Source: Rebecca billardiae RCC1528
Lineage: Eukaryota; Protista; Haptophyta
Reading direction: 5' to 3'
NCBI GenBank assembly: GCA_965240325.2
Contig: OZ251240.1
Span: forward strand, 992,001-1,056,000
Length of the DNA: 64,000 nt
Position 1 is the stretch's first letter; the number at the start of each line of letters is the position of its first letter. The notes under the pieces are model-generated. The model was not told where the DNA came from and ran no database searches. It saw only the letters and a program-made list of their open reading frames with translations. The translations under genes and the position numbers were made by a program. This document shows, piece after piece, positions 13,513 to 25,934 of this stretch.

Positions 13513-14740
13513 GACTTTGTTTTGTTCCAGTTCCGCAGCATGCGTATGCTCGGCGGGGGGCGGCCCCTTCGCGGCTGCCCCGGGCTTTTCTGCCCCACTG
13601 GCCCGGGCTTTTCTGCCCGGGTGACTTTGTTTTGTTCCAGTTCCGCAGCATGCGTATGCTCGGCGGGGGGCGGCCCCTTCGCGGCTGCCCCGGGCTTTTC
13701 TGCCCGACTGGCCCGGGCTTTTCTGCCCGGGTGACTTTGTTTTGTTCCAGTTCCGCAGCATGCATATATGCTCGGCGGGGGGCGGCCCCTTCGCGGCTGC
13801 CCCGGGCTTTTCTGCCCGACTGGCCCGGGCTTTTCTGCCCGGGTAACTTTGTTTTGTTCCAGTTCCGCAGCATGCGTATGCTCGGCGGGGGGCGGCCCCT
13901 TCGCGGCTGCCCCGGGCTTTTCTGCCCGACTGGCCCGGGCTTTTCTGCCCGGGTAACTTTGTTTTGTTCCAGTTCCGCAGCATGCGTATGCTCGGCGGGG
14001 GGCGGCCCCTTCGCGGCTGCCCCGGGCTTTTCTGCCCGACTGGCCCGGGCTTTTCTGCCCGGGTGACTTTGTTTTGTTCCAGTTCCGCAGCATGCGTATG
14101 CTCGGCGGGGGGCGGCCCCTTCGCGGCTGCCCCGGGCTTTTCTGCCCGACTGGCCCGGGCTTTTCTGCCCGGGTGACTTTGTTTTGTTCCAGTTCCGCAG
14201 CATGCATATGCTCGGCGGGGGGCGGCCCCTTCGCGGCTGCCCCTGGCTTTTCTGCCCGACTGGCCCGGGCTTTTCTGCCCGGGTAACTTTGTTTTGTCCC
14301 AGTTCCGCAGCATGCGTATGCTCGGCGGGGGGCGGCCCCTTCGCGGCTGCCCCGGGCTTTTCTGCCCGACTGGCCCGGGCTTTTCTGCCCGGGTGACTTT
14401 GTTTTGTTCCAGTTCCGCAGCATGCGTATGCTCGGCGGGGGGCGGCCCCTTCGCGGCTGCCCCGGGCTTTTCTGCCCGACTGGCCCGGGCTTTTCTGCCC
14501 GGGTAACTTTGTTTTGTTCCAGTTCCGCAGCATGCGTATGCTCGGCGGGGGGCGGCCCCTCCGCGGCTGCTCCGGGCTTTTCTGCCCGACTGGCCCGGGC
14601 TTTTCTGCCCAGGTGACTTTGTTTTGTTCCAGTTCCGCAGCATGCATATGCTCGGCGGGGGGCGGCCCCTTCGCAGCTGCCCCAGGCTTTTCTGCCCTAC
14701 TGGCCCGAGCTTTTCTGCCCAGGTGACTTTGTTTTGTTCC
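13513..14740. repeat. 110-bp tandem array, 11 near-identical copies
   Basis: Unit gactttgttttgttccagttccgcagcatgcgtatgctc...gcccgggt with period 110. Confidence 0.95.
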
Positions 14741-15792
14741 TGTTCAGTTGAGCATGCAAATGCTCGGCGGAAAGCAGCTGCCCCATCCAGCTGCTGCAGG
14801 CTTTTCTGCCCGTCTGGCTGGGGCTGCTGCCTCTGGCTTTTCTGCCCAACGCACCGGCGCGCGCGTGCGCGCGCGCGCGCACAGGACACACACAACCTAC
14901 CCAAAAAAAAAAACCAAAAAAACACGAGGACGTGCCACCTCGCCACCTTCGGCCTCCTCCGTGTCGCTCGCCTCCAGCATCTCGCTGCAGCGCCCTCATC
15001 CTCAACGGGATCTCTCCTGCTCACAAACGGGACCTTGCTGCCACACGCTGGCGCAGTCTGCGCGCAGCTTTGGCACCGTCGGCTCAGTCGCTCTTCCCGT
15101 CATCCAGGGACAAATCCCCACCTCACACAAGTATATATACACATCGATTGGCGCCGCTTCAATCTTTGTGCAGGAGGACACGTGGCGTTATAACGCAGTT
15201 ATAACCGAATGTGTCGGGAGGCTGGAAGGTGATGCGTCGCAGTGTCGTGACAGCCAAGGCCAAGGGCCTCCATCGTCTACCTGATCCTGCAGGTAGTTGC
15301 TTCGTGCTGGTACGGCGCTCGAGATCATATCCAAGATCATCTGCAGTCATCCGAGTGGCAGCTTTCCAGTTCATCAAGCAACTAACCAGTCGAGCTCACA
15401 CAAATCGGCACTTTACGACCTTTCGCGCCGAGCTCACAAGCTGCTCATCAGTTACTGCCAGTCGGCCCCTTGCCTCATCATCAGCAAACGAGGCCCCATC
15501 TCCTTCGCCGTCGCGTGCTTCTTTGCTCGTGCTCGCTCGCTCGTCGCTCAACCCGCCATCCGCCCCTGCAGCCTCCGTTGTGGTTGACGAGCTTGCTGTT
15601 GTCAGGCCTGTGAGTGCTATGCTCGCCTGAGCCAGGGACCTTGCTGCCACACGCTGGCGCAGTCTGCGCGCAGCTTTGGCACCGTCGGCTCAGTCGCTCT
15701 TCCCGTCATCCAGGGACAAATCCCCACCTCACACAAGTATATATACACATCGATTGGCGCCGCTTCAATCTTTGTGCAGGAGGACACATATA

Positions 15793-15825
<33 letters not shown>

Positions 15826-16471
15826 ATTATTGTATAATTAATAACTGAATTTTGAATAATCAAGTCAATCGCGCAACGTGAGACTCTCAGTCTGCTGCCT
15901 CTGCTGCTCACTGCTACGTCTGTCTGCTGGCAACCGGCCGCCTGACGGCCATCGCCATCTCTGACGTCGGTGATCGCACCGTCCGTGCGGTCAGCCGCCG
16001 GCAGGCCCGAGCCCGGCCCCGCGCCACTCGCGGGGCGTCAACGATCACGCACGTTTGCCATCACGTCGACCCATCACCTTCTGCTGATGCGGGTGTTGGC
16101 GACGACGATGTCCACCACGCTGGTCGCGACAGCCTATGGCATTGCGGTGACGGGTTGACAAGTCCGAGCCTGAGACGGGCTGAGTCGCAGACCGACAGTT
16201 GGCGGGCCACGCCCGAGGACCTCTCTGATGCCCCGGCTGGTGACATCCTGACGCCGGCGATGGTGTCCGTCTACTCCACCATCGGGCGCTCGCCTCCACA
16301 CTCGTGCGCGGGTGGTGGGTGCACGGCACGGCAAAGGGCGGCGCGCGGTGGTCCAGCTGCCTCCGCCGGGCGTATCGTCAGCGCGCGGTGCACGCCACGC
16401 GCGTGCCCACAGCGCCGAGGCGGAGCCCGCCTCGCGCACGAGGAGGCCGCGCCCCGAGCGCCGGAGTACCA

Positions 16472-16639
16472 TCATCCCTCGGGTCGTCGAGCTGTGCGCT
16501 GCTCGAGCCACTCGCGGGCAGCCGCGCGATTGCGCACGCCGCGCTCGCCGTACATGGCCATGCCGATGCTGAGGTTGATGGCCGCGAAAGCAAGTGTTGT
16601 GACTCCCAGCGCGAAGAGGGCGGAGCGTGGGGCCGCCAT
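16472..16639 (-). CDS. Putative 55-aa single-pass membrane microprotein
   Basis: MAAPRSALFALGVTTLAFAAINLSIGMAMYGERG... has a good ATG context and lies head-to-head with the kinesin, 111 bp away. Confidence 0.45.
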   Translation of the reverse strand: MAAPRSALFALGVTTLAFAAINLSIGMAMYGERGVRNRAAAREWLEQRTARRPEG

Positions 16640-16750
16640 CGTGGACACGCCGCCCCGGAGGGAACACGGCTTGGGGGCGCAGACGCAAATTCGTAGCAGG
16701 AGGCCCGCAGGCAAACCGTTCCGGCAAGGCGCGGCGCCGGGCGTATCCCC

Positions 16751-18370
16751 ATGGGGGAGGAGGAGAACGCCGCCGGCGAGGGCGACCACCCGACGGTGAA
16801 GAAGGCCGGCACCGCCATCGTCGCGAGCCAAGCGCTCGAGAAGAATGCGGCGCCGCCGACGTCGGTCAAGGTATGCCTGCGCGCGCGCGTGCGCGTGCAC
16901 TCGCGGCGCGCGCGGCGCGCGCGGCACGCGCACCGTTCGAGGCAAGGGTCGCGGCGCGGCGAAGCGCGCGGCGGCTCACTCGCGCGTCTGCCCTGCCACC
17001 TTGCTCTCCCTACTTTCAGGTGGCCGTCCGTGTCCGCCCGCAGAATCGTGCGCAGCGCCGCGCGGGCGCGTGGCGGGCGCGCGAGCGGCCGGCGCGGATG
17101 CCGAGCGCCTCCTGACGCGCGGCGTGCTCCCGGCGCCGGCGTGCGCGCAGCGCGCGAGATCTCGCAGGGGGAGGAGAACGTGGTGGACATGGGCGAGAAC
17201 GGTTACTGCTCGATCACCAACAAGAACGACCCGACGGGCAAGGTGCGCCGCGGCGCGCCTCGCGCGCTCGCGGCGCGCCGGCCGCACGCGCCGCGCTCGC
17301 GCCACTCACGCCACTCACGCCGCGCGCGCGCGCGCGCACGCGCGCTCGGCTCCGCGCTCGGTCGCGCGCAGATGCACGAGTTCACCTTCGACCACGCGTA
17401 CACCGAGGCCACCGAGCAGGCCACCGTGTACAACGACCTCGGCGCGCCCGTGCTGCACCGCGCGATCGCCGGCTGGAACGGTACCATCTTTGCGTACGGT
17501 CAGACGGGCTCGGGCAAGTCGCACTCGATGACGGGCCCGCCGACCGACCCGGGGATCATCCCGCAGCTCAACGACGAGATGTTCCGCCGCATCGGCGAGA
17601 TCAACGCCGCCGAGCCCGACCGCAAGTTCCTGGTGACGTGCTCGTTTATGGAGATCTATAACGAGGTGCTGTACGATCTGCTCGACCCTTCGATGAAGAA
17701 GGGGACGTCGAAGGACCGCTCGTACTCGCACCTCGACGTGAAGGAGCACCCGACGCTGGGCGTGTACGTCGCCGGGCTGCAGGAGATCGCCGTCGACTCG
17801 CACCACAAGATCAAGGAGCTGATGGACCAGGGCAACCAAATGCGCGCGGTCGCGGCGACCGCGATGAACGCGACCTCGTCGCGCTCGCACTCGATCTTCA
17901 TCATCCGGCTGCTGCAGAAGGAGGTGGTGGGCGGGCAGCAGAAGGACACGCGCGCGACGATCAACCTCGTCGACCTCGCCGGCTCCGAGCGCCAGGCCAA
18001 GACGGGCGCGACGGGCGAGCAGCTCAAGCAGGGCGCGAACATCAACAAGTCTCTCTCCGCGCTGGGCAACGTGATCAACGCGCTCGCGGAGCAGTGCAAG
18101 AAGCCGAACAAGAAGGTGTTCATCCCGTACCGCAACTCGAAGCTCACGCGCGTGCTGCAGGAGTCGCTCGGCGGCAACTCGGTCACCGTGATGCTCGCCG
18201 CGCTCTCGCCCGCCGCGTACAACTTTGACGAAACGCTCAACACGCTGCACTACGCCGAGCGGGCCAAGTCGATCCAGCTGAAGGCGCGGAAGAACACGCA
18301 GATGACGGAGGTGGGCCAGCTCAAGTCGCAGATCGAGGAGCTGCGCAAGCAGCTCGAGGAGGCGCAGAAG

Positions 18371-18411
<41 letters not shown>

Positions 18412-21400
18412 GGTCTCTGAGGAGGCGAAAGCGGAGCTGGAGACGAAGTATCAGGAGCAGCTTGCGGAGATGGACCTGGTGCTCAAGTCGCAGTTCGAGG
18501 AGAAGGCGCGGATCGCGAAGGAGCGCGAGGCGGAGCGGCAGGAGCTCATGCTCAAGCAGGCGGAGGAGAAGGAGGCGCTGCTGCGCGAGCAGGACGGACA
18601 GAGGCGCGCGGTGCTCGCCGCAGGCACGCGCGAGTGGGTGCGCGTGATCCTTCAGAACGCCCGCTCCGAGTCGGCGCCGTTCGCGCAGGCGATCGACGCG
18701 CTGAACGAGCAGCAGCTCAAGGCGCACGACCGGCTGGACGAGCAGCTCACCTTCATCGGCGTGCTCAAGACGGCGGTGCAGGCGGAGATCCGCACGTACG
18801 CGCGCACCGAGGCCGACCAGGCGTCGCTGCCGGTCGAGGAGCAGCTCGACGAAGCTTCGCGGAAAGTTCTGATGGACCAGATCCTGATCAAGCTGAAGAA
18901 CTTCAAGGAGGAGGCGGCGAAGGCGCTCAAGCTGCGCGAGGAGGTGGACGCCGTGCTCGGCCAGCTCGAGGCCGTCGTCGGCCAGCAGCGCGAGCAGATG
19001 CACGCGGAGCAAGAGGCGGCGCTCGCCGAAGAGTACGGCGAAGACACGCTCGGCCAGTACGAGCGGAAGCTTCGGGAGGACGCGCTCGCGCGCGTCGAGC
19101 GCGACTTCGAGCTGTTCTCGGAGTACGCGGCGGAGCACCGCGCCAAGATGCTCAACCCGATGGAGGACCCGACCGCCGTCTCCGCCATCAAGGAGCTGGC
19201 CTCCTCCCTTGACCTCACCGTGGGCGGCGAGCTCGGTCAGGTCGAGACGCGGCTCGCGGCACTCGAGGAGAAGGGGGCGGGCGCGGTCGACGCCGCGCAG
19301 CGCGAGGGGATGGCGAAGCGGGTGCAGGTGCTGCAGAAGGAGCAGAAGATCCTCAAGGAGGTGGCGACGCGCTCCGACCTCGCCAAGACGCTCCCCGCCA
19401 TCGTCCACGTCCTGCAAGGCGTGGTCACGCGCGCGGCCAAGCGGCTGACTGCCAAGGACAAGATGAAAGAGAAGACGCTGGCCGCCAAGGAGCAGCAGGT
19501 GCAGGACCTGCGCAAGGAGTCCGAGGCGATCCGGAAGGCGCTGTTCGACGAGAACGTCACGCTGAAGGAGGCGAACGAGCTGCTGTCGCAGGAGCTCGCC
19601 GCCGCGCGCGCGCACATCGCCGAGCTCGAGTCTTCGCTCTCGCTCGCGCGCGAGGCCGCCAACTCGGCCGCGGCCGCGGCCGCGGACGGCGGCGGCGGCG
19701 GCGCCGAGGCGCCGCGCGACGCGGCGGAGGTGGAGGCGGAGCGCGCCGAGCTGCTCGCGCGGATCGAGGCGATGGGCCGGCAGCTGTCCGAGGCGGGGCG
19801 CGCCGGCGCCAACGCCGACGACGACGGCGCCGCCGCGCACCGGCCCCCGGTCGTCACCGAGACGGTCACGGAGGAGGTCGCTCTTCTCGAGGATGGCGAG
19901 CGCGTGATCACGCGCGTCGTCACGCGCGACATCGTGCACGGCGGCGGCGGCGGTGGCGCTGGCGCTGGCGGGCAGGGGCAGCAGCCCGACGCGGCGGCGC
20001 TCGAGCTCGCGGAGCACGAGCGCTCCGCGTGGCGCGAGCTCGAGGCGCGCCTCCGCGCCGACGCGGACGCCGCGCGCTCGCTCGTCGAGGAGCGGGATGA
20101 AGCGCTTTCGCTCCGGGCGCTCGAGCTGGAGGAGGCGCAGGCGCGGATCGCCGAGCTGCTGCGCGGCGCGCCGGGCGGCGGCGGCGGTGGCGGCGAGGGC
20201 GGCGAGGGCAGCGAGCTCGAGATCCGCGGGATGGAGCTCGCCTCAAAGACGCGCGCGCTCGACGACCTCAGCCGCCAGCTGGCCGAACGAGACGCTGCGA
20301 TCGCCACGCTCGAGCAGCAGCTGCTGGCGGTGGCCGGCGCGGCGGACGAGCGCGACGCGCGCGCCGACGGCGGCGGCGGGCTGGGCGACGAGGGCGAGCC
20401 GGTGTCGCGCGGCGCGGCGCTCGCCGCGGCCGCCGCGCAGGCCGTCGCCGCCGCGGCGGGCGTGCACGACGGCGGTGCGGCGGAGGAGGCGATGGCGTCC
20501 GCCGCGGCCGCCGCCGTCGCCGCCGCGCTCGCCGACGGCGCCTCCGACGACCAGGCGCGCGCCGCGGCGATGGGCGCGGCGGCGGCGGCGCTGAAGGAGG
20601 CGGCGGGCCTCGAGCTCACGCCGGCGCAGCACCACGCCGCCGCCGACGCGCTCGCCGCCATTGACGCCGGCGTCGTCGCCGACGCGGCCGAGCACGCCGC
20701 CGCGGGCGGCGCGGGCGGCGGCGCGGGCGGCGGCGCGCACGCGCTCGGCAGCCGCGAGCAGCTGATTGTACGGGCGGCCGCGTTTGCCGCGGCGGCGGCG
20801 GTGGCGGCGGAGGGCGAGGAGCCGAGCGTGGAGGCGCGGCTCGCCGCGGCGCACGCCGCCGCCGAGGCCGTCGCCGCCGCCGCGCGCGCCGGGCACACCT
20901 CCGCCTCCGCGCTGAAGGGCGCGGCCGTGGACGCGGCGGTTGCGGCCGTCGGCGCGCACGCGGGCGCGGCGCTCGGCGCGGACGAGCGCGCGCGCGTCGC
21001 CGCGGCGGTGGACGCGGCGGCGGGCGTCGCGCCGGCGCACGCCGGGCTGTCCGCGTCGGACCGCGCGCTCGCCGCCGCCGCGGCGCAGGCCGCCGCCGAC
21101 TCGTCCGCCGCCCCGCTCAGCGGCGCGGCGCGCGAGCGTGTGGGGCGCGCGGCCGAGGCGGCGGTGGCGAGCGCGGCCGCGGACGGCGCGGACAGCGCGG
21201 CGCGCGCGGCCGCGGCGGCGAAGGCGGCGGTGCAGGCGGCGGCGCACGAGGCGGGCGGCGCGCCCGCCGACGCGGCCGCCGAGGCCGCCGTCGCCACCGC
21301 CGTGCGCGCCGTCTCCGAGGCGCAGCCCGGCTCTCACGCGGCCGCGCGCCGGCGCGCTCGGGTGATTGGCCTTGCGGCCGCGCGCGCCGCGGCGCTCGTG

Positions 21401-23663
21401 TCTGGCGCGGCGCTGAGCGATGCGCAGGGTGAGCACGTGGCGGCGCTGGCGGAGCGCGCGGTGCTCGGCGTGGCCGCGTCGGCGGCGGGCGGCGGGGCCG
21501 ACGCCGACGCGCGCGTGCTCGACGCCGCCGCCGACGCCGCCGCCGACGCCGTCGAGTTCGCCTCCGGCGCGCGGCTGGGCTCCGACGCGCGCGCGCGCAT
21601 CGCCGCGGCCGCGGCGGTCGGCGCCCGGCTCGCGGACGTCGCCGCGTCCGACGCGGGCTCGGGGCAGGCGCAGGCGCACGTCTCGGCGGCGGGGTACGTG
21701 AGCGGCGGCGCGCAGCCCGCGCCGCGCGCCGCCGCCGCCGCCGCGCTCGTCGCCGCCCTCGACGGGCGGGCGGGCGCAGGCGGGCTTGCCCTGGGCGCGG
21801 ACGCGCGCGCGCGCGTGTCCGCGGCCGCGGCGCGCGCGCTCGCCGACGCGGACGCCCGCGGGGAGATGCCGGCGTCGGCGGGCGCGCTCGCGGCGGAGGT
21901 GGCGGCGGCTGTGGAGGCGGCGCTCGCGGCGGAGGCCGGCGCCCCCCTCGACCCCGCGCACGCCGACGCCGTGCGGCTGCTCGCGGCGGTCGCGGCCGAG
22001 TCGAGCGGCGCGGCCGCGGCGGCGCACGCCGCGCCGCCCGCCGTCACCGCCGTCGCCCTCGCCGCCGTCTCCGCCGCGGCGGACGCGTCGGGCGTGCACG
22101 TCTCGGACGCGCAGCGCGCGCGCGCGCACGCGCTCGTCGAGCGCGCGATGCTCGCCGCGGGCGGCGGCGCGGACGTCTCCTCCGCCGCCGCGCACGCCGC
22201 GGCGGTGCAGGCCGCGTGCGCCGTCGTGGCTGAGGTGACGGGCGCGCCGGCACTGAGCGGCGAGCAGGTGGCGGCGGTGGAGGCGGCGGTGGCGCTGGCG
22301 TCGCGCGCGGCGCACGCCGCCGCGCCCGCGGCGGTGCGGATCCAGGCCGCCGCGCGCCGCCGCGCCGCCGTCACCGCCGCGGGCGCCGCGCACGCCGCCG
22401 CGCACGCCGCGGCGATCGCGGGCGGCGGCTCGCTAACTGCGGGCCAGCTCGCTGAGGTTCGGGCGGCGGCGGCGCACGCCATGGAGGAGGCGGAGGGGTC
22501 GGACGCGCTGGCGCAGCAGCGCGCGGCGGCGGCGGCGGCGGCGGACGCGATCGCGCTCGCCACCGGCACCTCGCTCGGCGAGGCCGAGCGCGCCGCGATC
22601 GCGCGCGCCGCCGCATTCGCCGCGGACACGGCGGATGCCGCCGCGCCCGAGCCAACGCCCGCCGCGCGCGCCGTTGCCGTCGCGGCGGCGCGCGCGGCGC
22701 TCTCGCTCGCCGCGGCGGCGCTCGACGGCGAGGGCGCGCAGCCGCCCGCGGCGGCGCGCGCCGCCGTCGAGGAGCGCGTGCTCGCCGCCGCGGGGCGCGC
22801 CTCCGCCGAGCCCGCCGACGCGCTTCATGCGCTTTTGGTCGAGACAGCAATCGCGGCAGTCGGCGGCGCGATGGGCGTGGCGCTGGACGAGGCGGCGGCG
22901 CGGCACGTGGCGGAGACGGCGCGCGTGGCGGCGGCGGCCGCGCCGGGCGCGGGCGGGCGGCGGCGCACGCTCACCGACGCCGCCGCCGCCGCCGACCCGA
23001 TGGCCGTGCGCATCCAGGCCGCCGCGCGGCGGCGCGCCGCGCGCGTGCGCGCCGCCGCGCGCGCCGCCGACGTGCCCCGCGCGCTCCCGCAGTCTGGCTC
23101 GAGCGGCGGCGGCGCGGCGGCGGCGGGCGGCGGCGGCGAGGGCGGCGCGCGCGGCAGCGGGCTGGACGAGAACCCGATCTTCGCGCAGCTCGCCAAGGCG
23201 CTCGGCGTCACCGGCGCCACCTCCGACTCGGGCGAGCAGCTGTATGCCGGCCTCCGACCAGACGAGCGCGCGCGCCTGCTCGAGATCGAGCTGAGATCGA
23301 AGGCTGCCGCGCTCACCGCGGCCGAGGACAAGATGGCGTCGCTGGTGCGCGAGAAGGCGGCGGCGGCGCGCTCGGCGGAGGAGGAGGTGTTCGCGCTCAA
23401 GTCCGAGCGGCTCGCGCTCAAGGAGACCGCGCTGCAGCACGAGGAGGCCGCGTATGCGGCGCAGGAGGAGAAGGCGCGGCTCGCACAGGCCAACTTGGAA
23501 CTTTCCGAGAAAGTCTTTTCGCTCGAGCAGCGGCAGCGGCTGCACGAGGAGCGCGCGGAGGCGGCGGAGGCCGAGCTCGCCGCGCGCCGGCTCTCGGGCG
23601 CGGCGGACGAGGCGTCCGCCGGCGCAGCCGACGCCAACGTCGACTCGGAGGTCGACGATCCCA

Positions 23664-23697
<34 letters not shown>

Positions 23698-24914
23698 GCC
23701 GTCGTCGCAGCTCGAGGCTGAGCTAGCGCGGCTGCAGCGCGAGCACGACGCTTTGGAGGAGGAGAAGTACACGCTGGCGGGCGACATCGAGGAGCTCGAG
23801 GCGGAGCTGGAGGAGGCGCACGCGCACGAGAAGGAGTACTACGAGCGGATGATGGAGCTGCAGGGCCTCGTCGACCGGCTGGGCGGCCACCGCGAGACAC
23901 TCGAGACGCAGCTCGCCACCGAACAGGAGAGGGTGCGCCGAGCGCAGCGGCGCCCGCGACAGCGCTGCGTGCTGTGCTGCGCGCTGTGTGTGCCGGCTGC
24001 GCGCGCGCGCGCGGCGGGTGCGCTGCGTCGTGTGGCGGGTGCCGCGCGTCTGCACACGCGTGTGCTGTGTGGCGCGCTGTGTGCGCGCGCGCGCGCGTGC
24101 GTGTGCGCGTCTTGCCTGTGCGCGCGCGTGCTCGCTGCGGCCAGCACGCGCCTCCCCCGCACGGCGCGCGCGCGGCGGCGTGCGCGGCGGGGCCGCACGC
24201 GCGCGCGCGCGCGCACACGCCCACACCCGCCTCGCCGCGCGCGCGCCCCTTCTCCGCGCGCACGGGGCCAGGCGGAGGGCCTCGCGCGCGAGAACGAGAG
24301 ACTCGATCGCACCGTCGCGCCCGCGGTCGGCGAGGACGACGACACGCTCTTCGACAACTTGCGGCGCGCGTCCGAGGAGAACGAGAGGTTCCAGCGGGAA
24401 ATCCGGCAGCTGCGCGCGCAGGTGGAGTACCTGTCGCACACGGTGGACGCGGAGGAGTCGGGCGGGCGCGGCGGCGGCGGGAGCGAGCGCCCCGCGCGCG
24501 CGGCGCGCGCCGACTCGCTCGGCGCCGCCGACGATGAGCTCACATACGCGAGCGCGCAGGAGTTCCAGGCGGCGCAGGCGGCGCTGCGCGAGGCCAAGCG
24601 CGAGGCGGAGTCTCGCGCGGAGCAGCGCGACGCGCACGCGCGCGCGGTCGAGCGCGAGCGCGACTCGCTCGTACGCCGCGTGCACGAGCTCGAGGCGGCG
24701 ATGTCCGGAGCGAAACTGGGCGACGCACAGGCCGCCGCCAAGCTCTCGCAGGCGCAGACGGAGATTCGAAAGCTCGAGGCGGCGATGCGCGAGCAGAGCG
24801 CCGAGCACGGGGCGCGGGAGGAGGTGCGTGCACGCACACACCGCGCGCGCGCCTTGTGCGTTGGATTTGTTTGCGTGGTCGGTGTGTTTGTGTTGCGTGA
24901 GCCACGGCACACGC

Positions 24915-25003
<89 letters not shown>

Positions 25004-25663
25004 TGGCTCGAGGCCCCACGCCGGCACCGCCGCCGCCGCCGCCGCCCGCATGGGCGTGCGTGCACCGGAGGCGGCGTGGCGCTGGCGCGCGCCCGCGGCA
25101 CGCGCGCGTCCGCGGCGCGCGGGGCAAGCGCCCGCCGCCGTGCGCCACCGCGCCGCGCCAAGCCGTGCCGCCTGACGCGCGCACGCCTGCGCGCTCGGGC
25201 CCTGCTGCTGCGCAGGAGCTCACCGAGCTGCAGGACAACATGTACACGCTCTCGACGCAGCTCGAGGAGGAGCAGGAGGCACGGGAGGCGCTCCACAAGG
25301 AGAAGGCGGAGGCCGAGGTGCGCGGCTGCTGAATTCCTTCTGAATTCCGTCTGGATTCCTTCTGAATTCATGACGCGCGCGGCGCGCGCGCGCAAGCCGC
25401 GAGCGACCGCCTGCCTGGCACGTCCGCCGCGCGAGCGCGCGCTGCGTGCGCGCGTGGCTGGCTGAGTGAGCGCCGTGCGACCACGCTGCGCATCACCCAC
25501 TGCGCGCGCGCGGACGCAGGAGCGCGCGCGCAAGGCGGAGGAGGCGGCGGATGGCCTCAAGACACTCCGCTCCGAACTGAGCTACCTCAAGAGCGAGCTC
25601 GACGACGAGCGCACCAAGCGCGAGAAGGTGGAGGCGCAGCTCAAGCAGGCGCTCGGCGGCTGA
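16751..25663 (+). CDS. Large N-terminal-motor kinesin (kinesin-3-like motor) with coiled coils and an Ala-rich insert; exons 16751-16870, 17020-17047, 17151-17242, 17372-23932, 24272-24823, 25216-25317, 25520-25663
   Basis: VKVAVRVRP (spliced), FAYGQTGSGKS P-loop, SSRSH, LVDLAGSER, INKSLSALGNVI, IPYRNSKLTRVLQESLGGN. Confidence 0.92.
24917..25002. repeat. (CCCGCG)n hexamer repeat inside a kinesin intron
   Basis: Seen directly; it produces the false PAPAPA tract in the ORF track. Confidence 0.9.
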
Positions 25664-25934
25664 GCTGGGCACCGGACGAGTGACCGTCGGCAACTCGTCG
25701 TATTATGTGCTGTAACCTGCTGCCGGGCCGGACACGGGGTCACACTCACAGCCGGCCAGGCGCGACGAGCCGACGACGAGCCACGAGTACCGCCGTCGTC
25801 GTCAGGATGACGAGAGCGCCCTCCGTCGTGCCACTCGCGTGGTGACTGACTGATGCGGTCGTCGTGCTGTCGTGCAGCTGGCGTACGGCCTGTGGCTGCC
25901 TCGCGCGGGGTCAGGAGCGGCCAGCTCGGCTCGT

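Larger units (their letters stand above)
10904..15787 (+). mobile_element. Non-autonomous split-direct-repeat element (TOC1/PAT/Ngaro-like, A1...B1-A2-B2)
   Basis: A1 10904-11223 matches A2 15229-15548 (320 bp); B1 15029-15181 matches B2 15635-15787 (153 bp). Both ends abut (TA)n. No RT or recombinase ORF is seen. Confidence 0.7.

Noticed and set aside
13513-14740. Possible CRISPR array (also 27704-28031)
   Set aside because: There are no unique spacers, the units are contiguous, the context is eukaryotic and no cas genes are present.
10904-15024. ORFs of 400-1160 aa in all six frames
   Set aside because: They are translations of stop-free tandem repeats with no RT, recombinase or other domain motifs.
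25329-25370. 11-bp tandem ctgaattcctt repeats in a kinesin intron
   Set aside because: Short local slippage repeat with no further support for function.
16751-25465. 2904-aa intronless kinesin as given in the ORF track
   Set aside because: It includes stop-free introns (Arg/Cys-rich and PAPAPA tracts); the spliced model ends at 25663.
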